Shown one piece after another: positions 17,929-22,484 of a stretch of DNA of 22,484 nt. Within the stretch, counting starts at the first letter, position 1, and each line of letters starts with the position of its first letter. The stretch comes from Candidatus Babeliales bacterium (GTDB lineage Bacteria; Babelota; Babeliae; Babelales; Vermiphilaceae). Below the pieces are notes generated by a model. The model saw only the letters and a program-made list of their open reading frames with translations, did no database searches and was not told where the DNA came from. The position numbers were made by a program, and so were the translations under genes. Location of the stretch: assembly GCA_044451405.1 (NCBI GenBank), contig JBIOKB010000017.1, positions 1-22,484 on the forward strand, given 5' to 3'.

Positions 17929-19299
17929 TTACCCAATAGTTACGACAACCGGTTCTGATGTAGTACCAGCAGCATTAGTCCCCACAATATAATAGGTATA
18001 GGTAACACCTGTAGTGACATAATGATCTGCAAAGGTAAGTGGTCCTGTAGCAGATACCATACCTGCTAACTCAGTTAACCCTGCATCACGATAAATGGAA
18101 TAACTTACGGGTAATGAAGTTCCGGTTACTGTCCAGGTTAATTGATTCACCACATCTATGAAGTTTAAAAAACGATTACGAATCTGCGACCCTTGAGCCA
18201 CAATCTGGAATGATTGGAGTGCTATAACACTCACCGTGCCCGATGTATAATTGGAAATGTAAGCAAATTCACCATCAGGTGAGATTGCAACGTTACCAGG
18301 TGATTGCCCAACGGCAATAATCGGCGGAATAACGGTATTGGTTGCCATATCAATAATGTTCACCGTACCTTGGCCCGGAGCTAAATCAAAGTCAGATCCT
18401 GTGCTAGAATAGAGCGAGTTGTAATTAGTTGCATATGCATATTTACCATCGGGAGTAATAGCAATTCCTGCTGGTTGTATATCAAGATTAATGGTAGCCG
18501 TTATGGTGTTTGTGCTTAAATCAACCACACTTACCGTGGTACCTATCGGCGTAAAATTATTGCTACCAAAATTAGTTACGTACGCAAATGTGCCATTCGA
18601 TGTTATTACAATCGCAAATGGCCCAGAAAAGCCTGTTATTGTAGGGCCAACAACCGTATTCGTGCTTGTTTGTATGATATTTGCCGTTCCTCCACCTGTA
18701 GCACCAAGAACGTAATTAACCGTATACACAAATTTACCATCTGGTGTTATAGCTAATGCAGCAGGAGCGAGCCCCACGGTGATTGTTGCAGTGATAGTAT
18801 TGGTATTCAGATTCACCACACTCACGGTTGTACCAGTACCGCTTGCACCATCGGCCCCATAATTATTCACATATGCAGTATTACCATCAGGTGTTATAAC
18901 CATCCCAGATGGTCCATTAAACCCAGTTATTGTACCTATAACGGTATTAGTTGCAGTATTTATAATGGTTATTGTTGTACCAAAACTATTAGTTACATAC
19001 GCTTTTGTGCCATCCTTACTCAGAGTTACGGTATAGGGCTGACTAAAACTTGCATCATTAATGGTTGTTGTAAGAGTATTATTGGTAAGATTCAGAACGC
19101 TGACGTTATCTCCATTAGTGATCCCATAATTATTATTGTTAGCGACATAAGCCACAAGATTATTGGACGTAAGGGCAAGGCCTGCAGGCGTAACCCCTAC
19201 ATTAATAGTTGCTACAACGGTATTGGCTGGCGCTGCATACATGCTGTGAACAGCACATACTAACCCTAAGAAAAAATATGACGAGAATTTTTTCACCAT
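17929..19299 (-). CDS. YVTN/YncE-type beta-propeller surface protein with C-terminal FnIII-like domain
   Basis: Signal peptide; about seven repeats of P..(I)AITPDG..AYVTN...TVSV(I)D..TNT; C-terminal LTW...YSIYRD...TYTYYIVGTN. Confidence 0.9.
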   Translation of the reverse strand: MVKKFSSYFFLGLVCAVHSMYAAPANTVVATINVGVTPAGLALTSNNLVAYVANNNNYGITNGDNVSVLNLTNNTLTTTINDASFSQPYTVTLSKDGTKAYVTNSFGTTITIINTATNTVIGTITGFNGPSGMVITPDGNTAYVNNYGADGASGTGTTVSVVNLNTNTITATITVGLAPAALAITPDGKFVYTVNYVLGATGGGTANIIQTSTNTVVGPTITGFSGPFAIVITSNGTFAYVTNFGSNNFTPIGTTVSVVDLSTNTITATINLDIQPAGIAITPDGKYAYATNYNSLYSSTGSDFDLAPGQGTVNIIDMATNTVIPPIIAVGQSPGNVAISPDGEFAYISNYTSGTVSVIALQSFQIVAQGSQIRNRFLNFIDVVNQLTWTVTGTSLPVSYSIYRDAGLTELAGMVSATGPLTFADHYVTTGVTYTYYIVGTNAAGTTSEPVVVTIG

Positions 19300-19344
19300 G
19301 ACACTCCCACAAAATTTAGATAATGAATTAATTTCAGTATCTAA

Positions 19345-19374
19345 ACTCTAGAAAGTGGTGGTGGTCAGCGTCAA
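19345..19374 (-). promoter_or_regulatory. Putative sigma70 promoter
   Basis: TTGACG-N18-TAGAGT on the minus strand. Confidence 0.4.
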
Positions 19375-19386
19375 TGATAAAGTAAT

Positions 19387-20079
19387 TTAAAGAAGTTTTT
19401 TATTCGATAATTGATAGCCTTCAATTATTTCTACCGCATGACTCGTCCCGATTCTATTTACGCCTGCCTGAATAAAATCAGCTGCCTGCTCATAAGTAAA
19501 AATACCGCCAGCAACTTTTATTTTAATAGCGTCCCCAACAGCAGCACGAATTAAATGGACGTCTTGCAATGTAGCGCCTCTAGGGCCGTAACCAGAACAG
19601 GTTTTAAAAAAATCTGCTCCTGATTTAACCATTAATTCAGCTATTTTTTTTATTTCATCTGACGTTAAATAGCCAGTTTCAGGAATAAATTTTACAATTC
19701 TGGTACTATCAAAATCTTTGATAGTTTTAACCAAAATTTTCATTTCTTCGTAACATTTTTCCCATAGATGCTCTTTGATGTACCCTATATTAAGAACAAC
19801 ATCAAGTTCATCAGCTCCGGCTAATAAAGCTTCTTTTGTTGCAGTAACTTTTATGGAAAAAATATCTTGACCTAAAGGGAAGGATACCACTGTTCCAACG
19901 TTACTTTGATCACGCACTATGTTTTTTGCTTCTCGGATATAACAGGGGTTTACGTAAGCGCTATTAAATTCATAGTTAAGAACTTTATGACAAAGTTGTT
20001 CTATGTCTTGTTGGGTTGTATCAGCCCCGTGACAAGCAAAATCTAAATATGAAGCAAAATTTTTATCGTTATTGCTCAC
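19387..20079 (-). CDS. deoC: Deoxyribose-phosphate aldolase
   Basis: GTVVSFPLG, GADELDVV, GADFFKTCSG (Schiff-base Lys), IKVAGGI and RIGTS motifs; GTG start after AAGGAG. Confidence 0.93.
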   Translation of the reverse strand: MSNNDKNFASYLDFACHGADTTQQDIEQLCHKVLNYEFNSAYVNPCYIREAKNIVRDQSNVGTVVSFPLGQDIFSIKVTATKEALLAGADELDVVLNIGYIKEHLWEKCYEEMKILVKTIKDFDSTRIVKFIPETGYLTSDEIKKIAELMVKSGADFFKTCSGYGPRGATLQDVHLIRAAVGDAIKIKVAGGIFTYEQAADFIQAGVNRIGTSHAVEIIEGYQLSNKKLL

Positions 20080-20104
20080 AACAATCTCCTTGATTTCTCC
20101 TATG

Positions 20105-20947
20105 TTATTCCGCAGCCAACACCTCTAAATACTGAACACGTTCTTCTGGTGTAAATGCACGAATTGGATAAAAGAGCACATTAAAGATAGCTTTCAATTT
20201 AAGCGCTACCGCAACTCTGCTCAAGAAATCTTCCTTAATATATTTATCTTCAAGCTTAATTAATGCCTGAATTCCCTGTATTACCTGGCGTGGGTTCGTT
20301 AAACATGCTGCTTGTAGATCAACCTGCTTTTGTAAGTTGTTGGCAGCTATTTTGGTTGTTAAGAGTGCTGGTAACAGCGTAAGATGCACAAAGCCCTCAA
20401 AACTACCCTGTCTATCCCGTAACGAAGAGCGATAATTGCGTTGATCACCAAAAATAAATGTACTCAGATCAAGATTGTACTGTTTGTTTAACACATAGAG
20501 CGTAGCAATAGTGGCTGCAAAACTGCTTACCCCAATAAGGGCAACTTTAGCTGATTTACTGGTAACTTTTTCTGCAAGGGCGACTGCAATAATGCCCTCA
20601 ACTTCTTCGTACGTTAAATCAACTAAAATCTCACGACAAATATGTAAATCACCTAATAGATTTGCCCAACATCCAATGGTACCCGCCGCCGTTTTATAGA
20701 TTACCCCGCTATCACTAACCACCGAATATTCTGCTTCATGAGCGCTAATATAGCGCGGCATAGGGATATTAGCTTTTTCGGTTAAGTTCTTGATCATGCC
20801 ATACAAAACCGGATGGGAATCTTGGGTAAGATTAGGGTGTTGATATTCACGAGCTTCACTATGCATGGCTGCTGTTTTATCAAGGAAGCTGCCAGCATGA
20901 AGAGGCGCAATGAAAAGGAGGATTAATAATGCATATCGTACGTTCAT
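20105..20947 (-). CDS. Secreted/membrane M48 (HtpX-like) peptidase homolog lacking catalytic residues
   Basis: PVLYGMIKNLTEKANIPMP, LTYEEVEGIIA, VDLQAA..T.P and TPEERVQYL follow the M48 scaffold; HExxH is absent. Confidence 0.7.
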   Translation of the reverse strand: MNVRYALLILLFIAPLHAGSFLDKTAAMHSEAREYQHPNLTQDSHPVLYGMIKNLTEKANIPMPRYISAHEAEYSVVSDSGVIYKTAAGTIGCWANLLGDLHICREILVDLTYEEVEGIIAVALAEKVTSKSAKVALIGVSSFAATIATLYVLNKQYNLDLSTFIFGDQRNYRSSLRDRQGSFEGFVHLTLLPALLTTKIAANNLQKQVDLQAACLTNPRQVIQGIQALIKLEDKYIKEDFLSRVAVALKLKAIFNVLFYPIRAFTPEERVQYLEVLAAE

Positions 20948-21104
20948 AGAAAGTCCTTATAAAGAGTAAAGTTCATTGATAGAGGAAAGTATAGCAGCTT
21001 GATGAGAAATTTCTCTTTAAAGTATTTGCTATCAAATAACTACTGTGTGCATAGTGAGACATAGAGCAAAAGAAAACAGTGTATATGCCCAAAAAGAGGC
21101 ACCT

Positions 21105-22391
21105 ATGAAAACAAGATTCCAACCCCAAGACCAAGTCTTTTGGTATTTGCAAAGAAATGGCACCAAACAACTGCAAGAATCGCTAGAAACAGACGTTGTT
21201 GTTATTGGTGGCGGCATGGCAGGGCTTTCTGCTGCCCAGGCATTTAGAGAGCGGGGGAAAAACGTCATTCTTCTTGAGCAGTATTATTGTGGTGCAGGTG
21301 CTTCAGGGAAATCTTCAGGATTTATCACACCGAATGCCGAATTGTCGCTAACCAACTTTATTAAAAAATATAACGTCAACGCTGCTCAGGGCATTTGGAA
21401 ACATATCAATTCAGGTGTCACCTTTATAAAAAATAATATCGATACATACGGTATCAAGTGTGATTATATTCCTCAAGACACGTTATTCATGGCTAACCAT
21501 AAAAGATCGATGAAATCATTATACGAGGAATACCTCAACCTTGAAAAATTTGGCTATAAAAGTTTTTTCTTAGAAAAAGAAGATGTGCGCACATATTTAA
21601 ATACTGATGCCTATTATGGCGGTGTTGGTTATCGCGATTCGTTTGGCATTGATGCGTATGCGTACTGCCAAGGAATGAAAAGCATTTTAAAAGATCAGGG
21701 AGTTCAGATTTTTGAGGAAACTCCGGTCATTGCCATCGAGGATCATAGAGTAGATACCTTACACGCATCAGTTAAAGCTGAGCATATCATCGTCTGTGCA
21801 GATCGGTTTATCCCTCATTTAGGCAAACTAAAAGGCAAAATTTACCAGATCCAAACTTTTTTATTGCTTTCATCTGTCTTGACCCAAGAACAGATTCAAG
21901 GGATTTTTCCCCAACAACAGTATATGGTCTGGGATTCTGATTTAATTTATACCTACTTTCGTTTAACCGCACATTCACGATTATTGCTTGGTGGTTCAAA
22001 TCTATTGCAATCATATACATTTCAGTCCGTGCATCTGTATCAATTACTCATTGGTAAATTGAACAGTTATTTACACCACGTATTTGGATTAAACCTGCAG
22101 TTTGAAAGTATGTGGGCTGGTCTTATTGGTATGAGCAAAGATATTGTGCCCATAGCAGGAAGAGATAAAGATAATCCTTCAATGTATTACATTGGTGCTT
22201 GCGCTGGATTACCCATTGCAGCAGCATTAGGCAACTACAGCGCTGAACACATTCTCGAAAAACGACGTGATTTAGATACACACTTTTCTCCCTATAGGTC
22301 ATTTCCTATAGGATCTTTGCTCGGCAAAATTTTAGGAAATAAAGCCTCATTTGGGCTATCAAATTTGATTACAAAAATTAAATTCCACTAA
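21105..22391 (+). CDS. FAD-dependent oxidoreductase (PuuB/DadA-like, DAO family)
   Basis: DVVVIGGGMAGLSAA, GAGASGKSSG, GVQIFEETPV, YFRLT...RLLLGG and WAG motifs; GAGG RBS before ATG 21105. Confidence 0.92.
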   Translation: MKTRFQPQDQVFWYLQRNGTKQLQESLETDVVVIGGGMAGLSAAQAFRERGKNVILLEQYYCGAGASGKSSGFITPNAELSLTNFIKKYNVNAAQGIWKHINSGVTFIKNNIDTYGIKCDYIPQDTLFMANHKRSMKSLYEEYLNLEKFGYKSFFLEKEDVRTYLNTDAYYGGVGYRDSFGIDAYAYCQGMKSILKDQGVQIFEETPVIAIEDHRVDTLHASVKAEHIIVCADRFIPHLGKLKGKIYQIQTFLLLSSVLTQEQIQGIFPQQQYMVWDSDLIYTYFRLTAHSRLLLGGSNLLQSYTFQSVHLYQLLIGKLNSYLHHVFGLNLQFESMWAGLIGMSKDIVPIAGRDKDNPSMYYIGACAGLPIAAALGNYSAEHILEKRRDLDTHFSPYRSFPIGSLLGKILGNKASFGLSNLITKIKFH

Positions 22392-22426
22392 AGAGGCTGG
22401 GCCTGCTATACGTCTTTTACTTTAAA

Positions 22427-22484
22427 TTACCCAGCAAAACGAGCAATAATAAATGCAACCGTTGCTGCTAGGCCACCTATAAAC
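22427..22484 (-). CDS. 3' end of a probable VIT1/CCC1 family transporter (partial)
   Basis: Minus strand reads FIGGLAATVAFIIARFAG*, resembling the last TM helix of VIT1/CCC1 proteins; only 18 residues are visible. Confidence 0.5.
   Translation of the reverse strand, partial: FIGGLAATVAFIIARFAG

Noticed and set aside
19387-20079. deoC motif deviations (LDFACH, KFIPET, KTCSG) and AT-rich patches as a sign of transfer or inactivation
   Set aside because: Catalytic Lys/Asp positions are retained, and a composition difference could not be established by eye

Overview
AT-rich, gene-dense bacterial chromosome segment. The secreted hypotheticals and the Phe-terminated outer-membrane-type proteins suggest Ca. 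Dependentiae/Babelota (TM6, protist parasites); this is recognition from memory, not a search result. Recognisable genes are groES-groEL, a VOC/glyoxalase protein, rpe split by a frameshift at an A7 run, dps, a circularly permuted D-amino-acid-oxidase-family protein, an arfB-hdeD-thioredoxin(CPHC)-VKOR operon, a PfkB kinase with an ABC-2 transporter, ldh, DUF202, two further beta-barrel proteins, a YVTN beta-propeller surface protein, deoC, an M48-like pseudo-peptidase, a PuuB/DadA-like oxidoreductase and the 3' end of a VIT1/CCC1-like gene. Main points of interest: (1) a signal-less DsbA-like CPHC thioredoxin next to a eukaryote-like VKOR whose catalytic face looks cytoplasmic by charge, a candidate cytoplasmic disulfide system; (2) a family of four intergenic REP-like hairpins with a conserved GWA/GWA internal loop, covarying stems and variable loop cargo, one of them inserted into a duplicated groEL tail; (3) a 58-aa peptide with 14 Cys built from two repeats; (4) recurring 18-bp-spacer sigma70-like promoters. 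No rRNA, tRNA, CRISPR array or transposase was seen.
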